Source of the DNA: Candidatus Campbellbacteria bacterium GW2011_OD1_34_28 | GTDB taxonomy: Bacteria; Patescibacteriota; Minisyncoccia; Phycocordibacterales; UBA12079 | Length of the DNA: 64,000 bases | NCBI GenBank assembly: GCA_001029775.1 | Contig: CP011215.1 | Span: forward strand, 682,303-746,302 | Direction: 5' to 3' | Shown here: positions 29,847 to 40,202 of the stretch, in pieces | How positions within the stretch are numbered: the stretch's first letter is position 1 | How the letters are laid out: every line of letters starts with the position of its first letter | The notes under the pieces: generated by a model | Database searches by the model: none | What the model was told of the DNA's origin: nothing | Seen by the model: the letters and a program-made list of their open reading frames with translations, nothing else | Translations under genes and position numbers: made by a program

Positions 29847-30572
29847 TTAATATAATGAAAAATAGTTAAGCATTTCAACAAAATCCTTTCTTATCTGGGA
29901 ATCTTCTTGTAAATAAGCGCCGTCTATATAATAAATTAATCCATTATTTAAAACCACCAATATCTCATTTTCATACAAACCAGAGATTTTATATTTAACA
30001 GCAGGAGATCCTAAAAAATCTATCTCCTCTATCTCGGAAACAGCAAATTCTATGTTTGAAATCATTTTCTCTTTTTCTATCCACTCTTTCACAGAATAAT
30101 TTTTTGCATTTTTAAAAATCAAAACAGAAATAGACGGCGGGTATTCTCTGGGGATATCGCTCTCCAAAAGTTCCTTATATTCTTTTTTATTAAACAGGTG
30201 CAAAGACTCTACAACATCTTTGTTTTCATTTACCCACTCACTCCTAGAATCAATCAAAATATAACCATCTGGGTCCAATCTATATTCAAAACGAACACCC
30301 AAATCATCATTACGATAACGAGTCCACGATTGGTTATTCCTTTCAAATTGTTCGCGATCAGTTTCCAACACATCCCAACCTTTTGGAATATCACAAAGAT
30401 TTGAAAACTCTTTTATCTCTCCTGTTTTTGGATCACGAGCATCTGTAATAATCTCGATACAATTTTCTCCTCTGTCTTTATCAATAAAAAAATAAAATCC
30501 AATTACAACAAAAACAACAATAAAAAAGATTGTCGGTATTATATTATTATTTTTATAAAGATTCTTTAACAT
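29847..30572 (-). CDS. Hypothetical membrane-anchored protein
   Basis: N-terminal TM; 241-aa ORF in operon with mltG. Confidence 0.6.
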   Translation of the reverse strand: MLKNLYKNNNIIPTIFFIVVFVVIGFYFFIDKDRGENCIEIITDARDPKTGEIKEFSNLCDIPKGWDVLETDREQFERNNQSWTRYRNDDLGVRFEYRLDPDGYILIDSRSEWVNENKDVVESLHLFNKKEYKELLESDIPREYPPSISVLIFKNAKNYSVKEWIEKEKMISNIEFAVSEIEEIDFLGSPAVKYKISGLYENEILVVLNNGLIYYIDGAYLQEDSQIRKDFVEMLNYFSLY

Positions 30573-30721
30573 TTTTTATTTAAGGGTCACAATACCTCAA
30601 TCGATATTTTGGTTTATCGTTGCTGGCCAATTCGAGTTAGAACGATAGTCGGACAAGCTCTGCAATGCGGTTTTGTTAAGTTTTATATTAGCACAACGAC
30701 AGGTCTTGAGCATAATGTTTT

Positions 30722-31117
30722 TTAATCAATTAACATTGGTATTAAATCTCGCGATATTTTACGAACTTTAACTTCTTTTCTACCTTCAATAACAAGTCGA
30801 CACAGTCTATGTAAGCCATCTAATATTTCTAACTTCCCCTCGATGTTTCTCATTAAGTCAATTGGAAAATCTGTATCCGCAGTAAATATCCTGTCTTTGT
30901 GTTTGGGATATTTTTCAATGTCGATTAAAACATTTCTCGGTGAAACACAGTATTTTTTATCACCGTCGTGCCAAAAAAGAAGATCTAACTGCCATTCTAT
31001 TTCGGAAACACAAATATCCTCTATTGGGATATTTTTTAATTCCCAGATTTTGCTTTTATTCCAATTAAAGTCTAATCCGGAATTTTTGATAAATTCTGGT
31101 CGGTAGGTATTATTCAT
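30722..31117 (-). CDS. ParB/Srx-like small protein
   Basis: PI...ILDGLHRL motif. Confidence 0.6.
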   Translation of the reverse strand: MNNTYRPEFIKNSGLDFNWNKSKIWELKNIPIEDICVSEIEWQLDLLFWHDGDKKYCVSPRNVLIDIEKYPKHKDRIFTADTDFPIDLMRNIEGKLEILDGLHRLCRLVIEGRKEVKVRKISRDLIPMLID

Positions 31118-31266
31118 AAAAAATTAATAGAACTTGATTGCGAAATTACTTCTTCAATACGTTTGTCTTGCACATTGCTGGACCTTTTAGACGAAGTCAA
31201 AACTCTTTTATTACAAGGAGAAAACCAATTTTACTATCATTATCCTATATCTTCAATATAAAAAGA

Positions 31267-31761
31267 TTAACGATTACAATTTATTTCATCAATTTTCCAC
31301 TCCCCATCTTTTACAAGATACACAACAATTGGTTGTTGAAAAATATAAACCTCAAATTTCGCAGTATTATCATTTACTGATATTTGTTTAAAATCTAAAT
31401 TAGATGCATCATCAGGGAAATCTTGGGCACAGATAAATGGATTAATTGGCATACAAATATTATTTTGAGTACAATATTCATCTATTTCATTTTTGTCTTT
31501 TTTCTGTTTCTCTATAAAACCATTTGTCACAAATTTACTCTCAAGAGACACATCTTTTTCGTTTTTTTGATTAAAATGATCTATTATATTTGTATAATAA
31601 TCTCTTAAAATATCTTCCGGATTTTGTATATTATTCTCTTGTACAACTTTTTTTTCAATATTTAAATTTGATTTTGAATTAATATAATAATATCCTCCCC
31701 CAACAGCTAATATCCCAATAATAATTATTAAAATTGTTAAAAATAATTTTTGTGTATTCAT
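31267..31761 (-). CDS. Exported hypothetical protein (DUF3828-like)
   Basis: N-terminal TM; NPFICAQD and WKIDEI ending. Confidence 0.55.
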   Translation of the reverse strand: MNTQKLFLTILIIIIGILAVGGGYYYINSKSNLNIEKKVVQENNIQNPEDILRDYYTNIIDHFNQKNEKDVSLESKFVTNGFIEKQKKDKNEIDEYCTQNNICMPINPFICAQDFPDDASNLDFKQISVNDNTAKFEVYIFQQPIVVYLVKDGEWKIDEINCNR

Positions 31762-31849
31762 GGGGTTAATTATACTAGTTATTTTATAAAGTTCTAACGT
31801 TCAAGACAGGTGGTTTAAGAAAGTATTAGGAAATAAAACTAAGATCATT

Positions 31850-32041
31850 TGCTGCGGGACTAGGACTCGGCCACAGGTTTCTAAGCTTTTTACTTCGCCC
31901 TGCCTCTTTTCTGAAAGAAAAGCAACGACACGGCAGACAGGTTCGCTCGTAAAAATCTAAGAACCTTCGGCCCCAGCTCGGAAAAGTGAAAAATTAAATA
32001 AATTTTTCTTTTCCTGCGCTTTTCGAGTCCTAGTCCCTCAA
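31850..32041. repeat. tRNA-Gln-derived inverted-repeat element
   Basis: gctgcgggactaggactcg at the left end, inverted cgagtcctagtccc at 32024-32037. Confidence 0.6.
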
Positions 32042-32089
32042 CAAAGACGCTATTCCAAAATACCTCAATCGGTATTTTGGATTATCGTT

Positions 32090-32129
32090 GCTGCGGGACT
32101 AGGACTCGAACCTAGATAGGCGGTACCAG
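32090..32129 (-). repeat. att site: 40-bp direct repeat of the tRNA-Gln 3' half
   Basis: Identical to 49683-49722. Confidence 0.92.
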
Positions 32130-32241
32130 CATTAAAATTGATTTACCCTAATCAGTGTTTGTTTTGTACATTGCTGGCGTCCTTGAGCTAGAACCGTGGT
32201 CGGTCAAGCCCCGTAAGGACATTTTTAATACTTTTATCTTA

Positions 32242-32637
32242 TCATTTCGACGGTCTTTGAGCAGTAGCTTTTTTGTGATCGGGACACCCATCTTTCTTAT
32301 GGTCTAAATATTCAGCCCATGTAATAGATCCTGCATCGGAAACAGTTTTTTCAACTAATTCCAGGTCTTCCTTAGTTAGTTCTCCCTCCTTTTGGTACGG
32401 GCCCCACTCAGACATTTTTTGTATTAAGTGTGCAACGAAATATTGGGGCTTATGATCTTTACCATCGTAGATCCCCAGCAGTTTAAGATTACACGATTCT
32501 ACCTCTGTTTCAGAATGAGTTAAGACAACCGCCAGTGGCGCTTCGGCTGGGCCACCAATAAAAACTATTGGGTGCCACGCTTCGTCAAACGATCTCTTTT
32601 TGCCCCGAAGAATATCTCCCTTTTTGAATTTTTCCAT
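32242..32637 (-). CDS. Hypothetical protein
   Basis: 131-aa ORF, last gene of the CBASS-containing run. Confidence 0.6.
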   Translation of the reverse strand: MEKFKKGDILRGKKRSFDEAWHPIVFIGGPAEAPLAVVLTHSETEVESCNLKLLGIYDGKDHKPQYFVAHLIQKMSEWGPYQKEGELTKEDLELVEKTVSDAGSITWAEYLDHKKDGCPDHKKATAQRPSK

Positions 32638-32686
32638 ATTTTAATCAATAAAAAGTGACAAAAGTGACACTGGTTCGACTATAAAG

Positions 32687-33388
32687 TTACACTTGCTTGT
32701 TACCTTTGTCTATTAGTTTATCTAGAGCAATCAAGACTGGGTAATTAGGATTATCCAACGTATACCCAAACCAAAAATGGCTATGAATTTTAACCTCTCT
32801 AACAATCTCTCCAAGCTTTTCAATTAGGTCATCTTTTAAGATTAATTGGCTTGCTCCCGCTGGATCTTCTAAGTGCTTATTTTTATGGGCAGCAACTTGA
32901 TGTCTGATTTTATGGAAATGATATTTTTCAAACTTCTCCTTAATTATTTCCAAATCAGCTAATCCCTCCTCCGTTGTTTTGATTACGCGAAATTGGGCCA
33001 TAATATCCCCACGGTTATCTATTGGACCCAAGAAATCGTATTCAGAAAAATCTGGATTAGGGTAATCAATTTTAATTCTTTCAACAAATTGATCAAACAT
33101 CTCAGGATCATCTTTCGAAATCAGACCGCGTTGCATATCTATAACTTCCTCTAGGGCTGGTTTAATTCTAACCTCTTCATCTTTTCTTGAGCAAAGCAGC
33201 GTATGTAAAATACTCACTGCCTCATTAAAGGAGTTGTTTGCAGATAGTAAGAGGAATCGATAGTAATCATGTTTCTCATTTTTATTTACCACTTCTAAAT
33301 AAATCTTTTTACAGGTAAGAAAATTAATATCTGCAAGATATATAAGGGAGACAATATCGTATTTGAATTTAAAAGGGATTTTAGGCAT
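32687..33388 (-). CDS. HEPN (AbiU2-like) putative RNase
   Basis: Helical protein with KIRHQVAAH (Rx5H) near the C-terminus. Confidence 0.55.
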   Translation of the reverse strand: MPKIPFKFKYDIVSLIYLADINFLTCKKIYLEVVNKNEKHDYYRFLLLSANNSFNEAVSILHTLLCSRKDEEVRIKPALEEVIDMQRGLISKDDPEMFDQFVERIKIDYPNPDFSEYDFLGPIDNRGDIMAQFRVIKTTEEGLADLEIIKEKFEKYHFHKIRHQVAAHKNKHLEDPAGASQLILKDDLIEKLGEIVREVKIHSHFWFGYTLDNPNYPVLIALDKLIDKGNKQV

Positions 33389-33401
33389 ATTTGTATAAAC
33401 C

Positions 33402-34019
33402 CTAAAATCTTTCCACCAAATCTCTTGATTCAAAAGCGAGTGTCATTTCACCGCGAGTCTTGCGACTGGTCCAATACTCTCCCTCAAGAGACTTACTCGG
33501 CTTATTTATGATTTTTAAAATTGACGCGCCATCATGGATTGCGCTTCTATCGCGAATGGTAGCCTTAGGTCGATTCGTATAGTTATATGTCAAATAAAGA
33601 TCTTCGCTGTTTGAGGCAACATTTATATCTGCGGTAGTACTGTAGCTCGACGATTCTTTCGTCATCAGTGTGCATTTAATACTTGAAAAAGTTTGTCTGA
33701 TCACCAGAATCATAGGGATTGGATCGATACCTTTTCCTGTTTCTGGATTAATCCAGTCGCTTTTCAGTTCTCCACGCCATGTACCCTGGAGATCTGGAAT
33801 CTTAATGAGCCAGCCTTGGAGAAATTTCCAACGCCACAACCATTTTGTAAAGATGATACCTATGATTGCGTAGATTGAAATCGCTTGAGGTATCAGTTTT
33901 ACTGCCATCCATAAATCAAGAGTTGAATACGTTCTAGTAACAAGAATTACACCAGCCCATATAATTAGGAAAGTGAAAATTTGCGCATGTATTTTAATCG
34001 TGTTATTTATTTTTTCCAT
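33402..34019 (-). CDS. cap15: CBASS Cap15-type 2TM beta-barrel effector
   Basis: 2 TM then PDLQGTWRG, IRQT, YTNRP, HDG, LEGEYWT.RKT.G; directly after the CD-NTase. Confidence 0.85.
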   Translation of the reverse strand: MEKINNTIKIHAQIFTFLIIWAGVILVTRTYSTLDLWMAVKLIPQAISIYAIIGIIFTKWLWRWKFLQGWLIKIPDLQGTWRGELKSDWINPETGKGIDPIPMILVIRQTFSSIKCTLMTKESSSYSTTADINVASNSEDLYLTYNYTNRPKATIRDRSAIHDGASILKIINKPSKSLEGEYWTSRKTRGEMTLAFESRDLVERF

Positions 34020-34024
34020 AGTTT

Positions 34025-34915
34025 TTACTCAAATCCAAGATAGTCCCATGCCCTAGAGAAAAAGGAGTGGGCCTTCTCTCGCGTACAAGGTTGATGCGTT
34101 CCGTAAATATTTTTAATATCGTTAACCTCACACAACGTCGCATGTTTTCCGTTTGGTAATGTTTCGTTATGGCAGTGTGCAAGGACAGCACGCACGTCAG
34201 CAGAATATGTATCCCTATTGAAATGGTCATCAGGTGCACTCCAGACCATACTTTGAATCAGAAAGGACGGGATATCTTTTGCCTCGACAATATTTTCTTC
34301 CTGCATCTTATTTCGCAATCTTTTTAGAATCCGAGTTATCTTGCGATACCTTTGGCCAGTTGCCTCATGTTTGTTTTTGCAGTTTTCATAGGTCTGGTGA
34401 GGCCAATTTATTATTTTTGTGCCGTCATCAGCAAGAAAACAAACGCCTTCAGGGTCATGCCATTTGTACCCCGTATCGTAGTAATATCTATATGCTAAAG
34501 CAGGTACGACATCCGCATCTACCCTGTATGAATTTGAATGGATATCAAAAGCCTTGTTCCCACGAGTAACACTTGTCTTCCCAAAATAGTCCTCAAGTGC
34601 TTTTTGAACTAGATTTTTAAATTCAGCAAACGAGATGCTCCCGTCTGAGTTCCCGTAGTCCTCCTTTGATTTTCCTTGGGGGTATCTTGGAAAAAACGTT
34701 GAGTTCAAACATACACAGATATCAACGTCGCTATCATTCTTCACATTGGTTCTCGATTTGTATGAACCTTGAGGAATGATTGATATGTCCATGCTCGACA
34801 ATGTTACGTTCGCCTTTATGGCTTTTTTAACAGCTATCTCAGCGTTCTCCATTTTTTGCTGTTCCGTGACACCAGGAGCACCGCCCCAGGATTTGAATGT
34901 ATCTTCCCAAGCCAT
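34025..34915 (-). CDS. CBASS cGAS/DncV-like nucleotidyltransferase (CdnE-like)
   Basis: QGSY...TNV...SDVD, DADVVPA, INWP, RILKRLR, PSFLI. Confidence 0.88.
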   Translation of the reverse strand: MAWEDTFKSWGGAPGVTEQQKMENAEIAVKKAIKANVTLSSMDISIIPQGSYKSRTNVKNDSDVDICVCLNSTFFPRYPQGKSKEDYGNSDGSISFAEFKNLVQKALEDYFGKTSVTRGNKAFDIHSNSYRVDADVVPALAYRYYYDTGYKWHDPEGVCFLADDGTKIINWPHQTYENCKNKHEATGQRYRKITRILKRLRNKMQEENIVEAKDIPSFLIQSMVWSAPDDHFNRDTYSADVRAVLAHCHNETLPNGKHATLCEVNDIKNIYGTHQPCTREKAHSFFSRAWDYLGFE

Positions 34916-34918
34916 ATG

Positions 34919-35164
34919 TTAATTCTTTTTATCTCTAGGCGGAAAAGGATCTCGACCAGGCGCAACAGTATCACTGTCTCGGATCGGTCCACCATTTGGT
35001 TTGTGAATTCTAACTTCACCTCCACCAGATTTTGCTGATAAATCTTTCGCTATTTTCTCTGCTTCTCGTTGAGTGTTAGCAGTAGCAGAAGCACGATCAG
35101 CTCCCTCACGCTTTACTCGCCAATCATCAGAACCTTTTGGATTTGTAACATGGTAATTTGCCAT
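34919..35164 (-). CDS. DUF2188-family protein
   Basis: YHV...WRVKREGADRAS...TQREA...EVRIH...IRDSD. Confidence 0.8.
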   Translation of the reverse strand: MANYHVTNPKGSDDWRVKREGADRASATANTQREAEKIAKDLSAKSGGGEVRIHKPNGGPIRDSDTVAPGRDPFPPRDKKN

Positions 35165-35170
35165 ATGTGT

Positions 35171-35788
35171 TTAATATAGATCTCCGGGAAGTATCGCAAC
35201 CACTACTCCTTGGATCATACAGTTATCTGTTAATATAATCGGCTTATGGGTTTTATTGCTTGATTTTGGTCTAAGAACAACTACGCCGTCTGCCTTTTCA
35301 AAAATCTTCACGGTTGCCTCGTCATTAATGAGTGCAACCACTTTGTCTCCGTCCAATGCGGTATCTTGCTGACGAATCAGTAAGAGATCACCGCTGTTGA
35401 TACCTGCCTCATTCATCGAGTCGCCGACTGCACGCAGAATGAAATACTTTGAACCCTTTTTTGCCAGACCTGTAGATACTGGGATATAGGTTTGTATATT
35501 TTCTTCGGCAAGCGCTGGCGTACCGCAGGTAACCGCCCCCACAAGTGGAACATCAATCGTACTTACTGAAGCAACCGACTGTGTTCCAATAAGAATGAGC
35601 TGTCTCCCAACTTTTTTTATCAGTCCTGCATCAATCAAGCGATCAACTACAAGGCTTGCTGAACGTGGAGATTTTCCTCCCGTTACTTCGTTTATTTCAC
35701 GAAGTGAGGGGCTTTCACCATAATGGATAATCTTGTTGCGAATAAGGGCAAAAGCTTTTTTGTCTTTGTCACTAAGGTTATTTGTCAT
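35171..35788 (-). CDS. LexA-like repressor (wHTH plus S24 peptidase)
   Basis: SPSLREI, VTCG cleavage site, GDSM, EATVK. Confidence 0.88.
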   Translation of the reverse strand: MTNNLSDKDKKAFALIRNKIIHYGESPSLREINEVTGGKSPRSASLVVDRLIDAGLIKKVGRQLILIGTQSVASVSTIDVPLVGAVTCGTPALAEENIQTYIPVSTGLAKKGSKYFILRAVGDSMNEAGINSGDLLLIRQQDTALDGDKVVALINDEATVKIFEKADGVVVLRPKSSNKTHKPIILTDNCMIQGVVVAILPGDLY

Positions 35789-35846
35789 GGTATAAGTAGT
35801 ATACAAAACCCTATACAAAAAAGCAAGTATTTGCTACCATGGAGTT

Positions 35847-36260
35847 ATGGACTACAAACTCGAGCTAAAACCTTTTGAACGAAAGGACGGCATGAAGTAT
35901 AAAACCATCCAACTAACGGATATTGCGCTTCACACAGCCAAGAAGACCCCTACTCCCTCCGTCGGTAAGAAAGTGCAAAATGCATTCAAGAATGACAAGC
36001 CAGATCGCATTTATTCAAAGCTCGAAAAGACGGCGGTTTCTGATGATAAAGCGTTCACCCTTGATCTGCTAAAAATGGATTCTGATTTTCTAAAAATGGT
36101 TCGAGATGAAGAAGCAAAGGGCTACAAGATTTTAATCGCCCTGCCGAACGAGGGTGTCCCTGTCTTCCCAGGCAAGGACACGGTCGAATTTATGAAAAGT
36201 AAAAACGGCAAGCGGATTATTCGTGGTCTTGCAAAAGAAAAAGCAAGAGATAAAATATAA
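35847..36260 (+). CDS. Hypothetical protein
   Basis: 137-aa ORF divergent from the repressor. Confidence 0.55.
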   Translation: MDYKLELKPFERKDGMKYKTIQLTDIALHTAKKTPTPSVGKKVQNAFKNDKPDRIYSKLEKTAVSDDKAFTLDLLKMDSDFLKMVRDEEAKGYKILIALPNEGVPVFPGKDTVEFMKSKNGKRIIRGLAKEKARDKI

Positions 36261-36425
36261 GTGTTAGATCCTGCGTAGTAAAAAGTAGAATAGTGTATCG
36301 CCTCCAAGCCATGCCTATTCCGCGCAAGAAATAGTTTGAGGTTTTTCGGACCTCTCCCTATTTCGTGTGTGGAGTAGGCTTTTTCTATATCCATACATTT
36401 TATTAAACATAATTAATAAAATGCT

Positions 36426-37700
36426 ATGAAAAAACTTTCATGGACAACAGGAATACGAGAGGTTAAAGACCTATTCCCTTGGAAAGAAAACCCAAGAAAA
36501 ATCTCAAAACAAGCGTTGGATAAATTAAAAGAGAAAATCACGCAAAATGGTTTTCACAGTGTGATCGTAATTGATACAGACAACACGATACTCTCGGGTA
36601 ATCAACGAAAGACGGCACTCACCGAACTTGGTGTGAGTACGGTTAATGTAATGATTCCCAGTCGCAAGCTTACAGATAAGGAGCGACGAAAAATCGGCAT
36701 CGAGAGCAACATCAACGACGGCGAATGGGACTTCGAGAAATTGAAATCTTTTGATTTGGAATTACTTCAATTCGCTGGATTCGACGGGAAAGAACTAGTG
36801 AAATTTTGGGACGAAGAAAAGGATACGAAAGACGATAAGTTCGATGTCGATAAGGAACTCAAGAAGATCAAGACTCCTCAGACCAAGCCAGGTGATCTAA
36901 TAATCATGGGCAACCACAAGCTACTCTGCGCAAGTTCAACTGATATCAACGCCGTTACAAAACTATTCGGCGATGACAGGGCTACTGCTATCTATAGCGA
37001 CCCACCATTCAATATCGGACTCTCATACGATAAGGGTGTTGGCAATAAAAGTAACTATGGTGGGTCTTTCGACGATAACCAATCGGCAGACGAGTATGTG
37101 AATTTTATTCGTAAGGTTATGCAATCGTCCCTTGCAATATCAATTAAGGATATTCATGTCGCGTTCTGGTGTGATGAGGCATGGGTGTGGGTTTTCCAGA
37201 CGTTGTACATGGAACTCGGCATCAAGAACCGAAGACTGAATATCTGGATCAAAAACAATTCATCACCGACCCCAGCCGTGGCATTTTCAAAATGTACGGA
37301 GTTCTGCGTGTATGGAACAAAAGGATTGCCGTACCTGTCCGACCTTATTAAAAATCTTAACGAGATTCAAAACAAGGATTGCACAACGGGTAACCAACTT
37401 CTCGGAGACATCTCAAATATCTGGGCAATCAAACGACTACCATCGAATCAAATGGAACACCCCACAAGCAAAAACCCAGAACTCCACCATAAATTCATAA
37501 TGCGATGCACCAAGCCTGGAGATATCATATTCGATGCCTTTTCAGGATCAGCTAGCACCATGATCTGCGCCGAGCAACTAGACCGCAAAGTGTACTCACT
37601 CGAAATTGAGCCGGTTTTTTGTGACCTGGCGATTCGCAGGTACGAAAAACTAACTGGTCGGAAAGCAACGGTAACCAAAAACTATTATGAAAAAGAATAA
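36426..37700 (+). CDS. ParB-like domain fused to N4/N6 DNA methyltransferase (phage-type)
   Basis: NPR...ILSGNQR; SDPPFN, HPTSK, DAFSGSAST. Confidence 0.85.
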   Translation: MKKLSWTTGIREVKDLFPWKENPRKISKQALDKLKEKITQNGFHSVIVIDTDNTILSGNQRKTALTELGVSTVNVMIPSRKLTDKERRKIGIESNINDGEWDFEKLKSFDLELLQFAGFDGKELVKFWDEEKDTKDDKFDVDKELKKIKTPQTKPGDLIIMGNHKLLCASSTDINAVTKLFGDDRATAIYSDPPFNIGLSYDKGVGNKSNYGGSFDDNQSADEYVNFIRKVMQSSLAISIKDIHVAFWCDEAWVWVFQTLYMELGIKNRRLNIWIKNNSSPTPAVAFSKCTEFCVYGTKGLPYLSDLIKNLNEIQNKDCTTGNQLLGDISNIWAIKRLPSNQMEHPTSKNPELHHKFIMRCTKPGDIIFDAFSGSASTMICAEQLDRKVYSLEIEPVFCDLAIRRYEKLTGRKATVTKNYYEKE

Positions 37701-38103
37701 ATTTCAGGATCAGTTTCTTGCCGAATTAATAAAAATCCCAATTATACAAGTTGCCTGCGAGAAAACAGGGCTATCTCGCAATAGTGTCTATCGGTGGAAA
37801 AAAGAAGATAAGGAATTCTCTAATAAAATGGACGAGGCATACGCCGAGGGTGTCGCTTTGGTAAGCGACATGAGCGAAAGCCAGCTACTTACTCTTATTA
37901 AAGAAAAGAACTACCCAGCTATTAGTTTCTGGCTTCGTCATAGAAATGAAAACTATAAGAACAAGCTAGAAATCACTACTAAGGAAGACGACGAGGAACT
38001 TACACCGTCACAGGCAAAAATCGTGAAGCAAGCACTAAGGCTCGCAAACATCACTAAGTCGAAATCCATTAAAAACATTAATAGATCAAAAAGTCATGAC
38101 TAA
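37687..38103 (+). CDS. Terminase small subunit-like HTH protein
   Basis: ACEKTGLSRNSVYRWKKED HTH, AISFWL; overlaps terL start. Confidence 0.65.
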   Translation: MKKNKFQDQFLAELIKIPIIQVACEKTGLSRNSVYRWKKEDKEFSNKMDEAYAEGVALVSDMSESQLLTLIKEKNYPAISFWLRHRNENYKNKLEITTKEDDEELTPSQAKIVKQALRLANITKSKSIKNINRSKSHD

Positions 38104-39580
38104 AATAATTCCAACTGCTCTGGTCAATACTATGATCAAAGACAGGTCCGTGCGTACATCAATCACCAAAGATAGCTTCCTCTACTTCTTCCACTTCTAC
38201 TATGCACACTATGTGAAATACGAAACAGCAGATTTTCAAAAAGAGATTATTCATAATCTCGAAAAAAGTGCTGTTGAAAATCTCTATGTCGTTGCGTTTC
38301 GTGGATCAGGAAAATCAACTATGGTGACAACTGCATACCCAATCTGGGCGATTCTTGGAAAACAACAAAAGAAGTTCTGTATCATTTTTTGTCAGACAAA
38401 AGCCCAGGCAAAACAGCACATGATGAACATCCGATCAGAGCTTGAGGGTAATGATGTTCTCAAAAGGGATCTTGGACCTTTTCAAGAAGAAAGCGATGAA
38501 TGGGGTTCGCACTCTCTTGTGTTCAAAAAGCACGGTGCAAGAATTACTGTCGCTTCGAGTGATCAGAGTATCCGTGGACTTCGTCATAATGAACACCGTC
38601 CCGATCTAATTATCTGTGACGATGTTGAAGATGTACAATCAACAAAGACTCGCGAGGGACGAGACAAGACCTATTACTGGCTTCGTGGTGAAGTTATTCC
38701 TGCAGGTGACAAAACTACCCGACTGATTATCGTTGGTAACTTACTCCACGAAGATTCGCTCCTCATGCGTATCAAAGACGAAATCGCTCAAGGTAAGGCA
38801 AAAGGTACATTCAAGGAATATCCGTTGCTCGATAAAAATGATGTTTGTCTGTGGCCAGGAAAATACAAAGACACAAAAGATGTTGCGGATGAAAAAATGA
38901 AAGTGGCGAGTGAAATTTCATGGCAACGAGAATACTTACTCCGCATCATTCCAAGTGACGGTCAGGTGCTTTACCCAGAATGGTTCTGCTACTACGACGA
39001 ATTGCCTGGAGCAAGTCATATAGCGTATCGTGGTACTTATGCTGGAGTAGACCTTGCAATATCTTCTAAAGATGCGGCGGACTTCACCGCAATAGTTTCT
39101 GCACATGTCTATGGTCGTAGAGAGAAAATGAGAATATATATTCTACCTAATCCGATTTGTCAGAAATTGAACTTCCCAGCACAAGTTGATCTCATGAGAA
39201 ATTTCAAAGCAACACAAATGCCTCGGTACACCGATAAATTCTTTGTTGAAAGCGTTGCATATCAAGAAGCACTACCGCAGATGTTGGAACTGCACGGCAT
39301 CGAAGCGCAATCTGTTAAGCCTAAGGGAGATAAACGAACGAGATTGTCGCTGACTTCGACATCAATCAAGTCTGGAATCATTAAGTTTCCGAGGCATGGG
39401 TGTGAGGATCTTATACGAGAAATGGTTGGATTCGAGATCGAAAAACACGACGATCTTGCTGACGCTTTTTCGCTACTGATAAATGCGACGCTCGATTATC
39501 ACTCACAGGAATCAACTTGGATTATGGCGTTCTTGGGTGGAGACACTATATATTACAGCGACTATGTTGATGTGGGTTAA
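38096..39580 (+). CDS. Phage terminase large subunit
   Basis: Walker A AFRGSGKST, Walker B IICDDVE, nuclease GVDLA and HDDLADA. Confidence 0.88.
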   Translation: MTKIIPTALVNTMIKDRSVRTSITKDSFLYFFHFYYAHYVKYETADFQKEIIHNLEKSAVENLYVVAFRGSGKSTMVTTAYPIWAILGKQQKKFCIIFCQTKAQAKQHMMNIRSELEGNDVLKRDLGPFQEESDEWGSHSLVFKKHGARITVASSDQSIRGLRHNEHRPDLIICDDVEDVQSTKTREGRDKTYYWLRGEVIPAGDKTTRLIIVGNLLHEDSLLMRIKDEIAQGKAKGTFKEYPLLDKNDVCLWPGKYKDTKDVADEKMKVASEISWQREYLLRIIPSDGQVLYPEWFCYYDELPGASHIAYRGTYAGVDLAISSKDAADFTAIVSAHVYGRREKMRIYILPNPICQKLNFPAQVDLMRNFKATQMPRYTDKFFVESVAYQEALPQMLELHGIEAQSVKPKGDKRTRLSLTSTSIKSGIIKFPRHGCEDLIREMVGFEIEKHDDLADAFSLLINATLDYHSQESTWIMAFLGGDTIYYSDYVDVG

Positions 39581-39599
39581 ATATAGCTCGCGAGTATCT

Positions 39600-40202
39600 T
39601 CACTCTTCGTTCTCAATTCTTCTTCTGCGCTCGTCTAGTGTTTCGCCGTCATACATCCAGTAGTCTGTTCCAGCTACTCCGTAATCATAGCCAAGTATCT
39701 TTTGTGCAGAGGTGGAGAGACTGGTTATCTCACCTCCAAACTCAATAGTGTTGTTATCAACGACTTGGGCTTTAATGTTTTCGTCTCGGCTAAATACCAA
39801 TTCGGATCCGACAGGAATATCAACGATACTAAAATTAAATTTCGATCTCCGTGTACGCGCCTGATTCAATGCTTCCTGATCTTCTTTGGACTCAACAAAA
39901 TCTTTTTTCGGAGTAATGTTTTCTATCTCTGCTAATTTAAGGGCGGCCACCACTCGCTCTGGTGAAATATGGAAAAATTCTCTTCTTGGATTTATACGAC
40001 TATCATCAAAAGCGTCGTGTAGTTGCTGTTCAACGAACGTGGCACTATTTACTGTACAGGCGTAAAAACAAGTAAATGGAATAGGGACACTTGTTGAAGA
40101 ACTCAGCTCTCGAATTCGTTGTTCTAAACTCGTGGAAGTTTTACCTATCTTTACATAACCAGGCATCGCCTCGTTTATGAGGATATAAATTATTTCGTTC
40201 AT
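39600..40202 (-). CDS. GIY-YIG (T5orf172-like) nuclease
   Basis: IYILIN...YVKIGKT...R...T.VP.PF...E..LH...REFF. Confidence 0.85.
   Translation of the reverse strand: MNEIIYILINEAMPGYVKIGKTSTSLEQRIRELSSSTSVPIPFTCFYACTVNSATFVEQQLHDAFDDSRINPRREFFHISPERVVAALKLAEIENITPKKDFVESKEDQEALNQARTRRSKFNFSIVDIPVGSELVFSRDENIKAQVVDNNTIEFGGEITSLSTSAQKILGYDYGVAGTDYWMYDGETLDERRRRIENEE

Noticed and set aside
32090-32129. Second tRNA-Gln gene
   Set aside because: Only the 3' half is present; it is the att duplicate
30591-32215. CRISPR array
   Set aside because: Repeats are irregularly spaced, separated by whole genes, and no cas genes are present
36426-39580. Complete prophage
   Set aside because: No portal, capsid, tail, lysis or replication genes between the att sites
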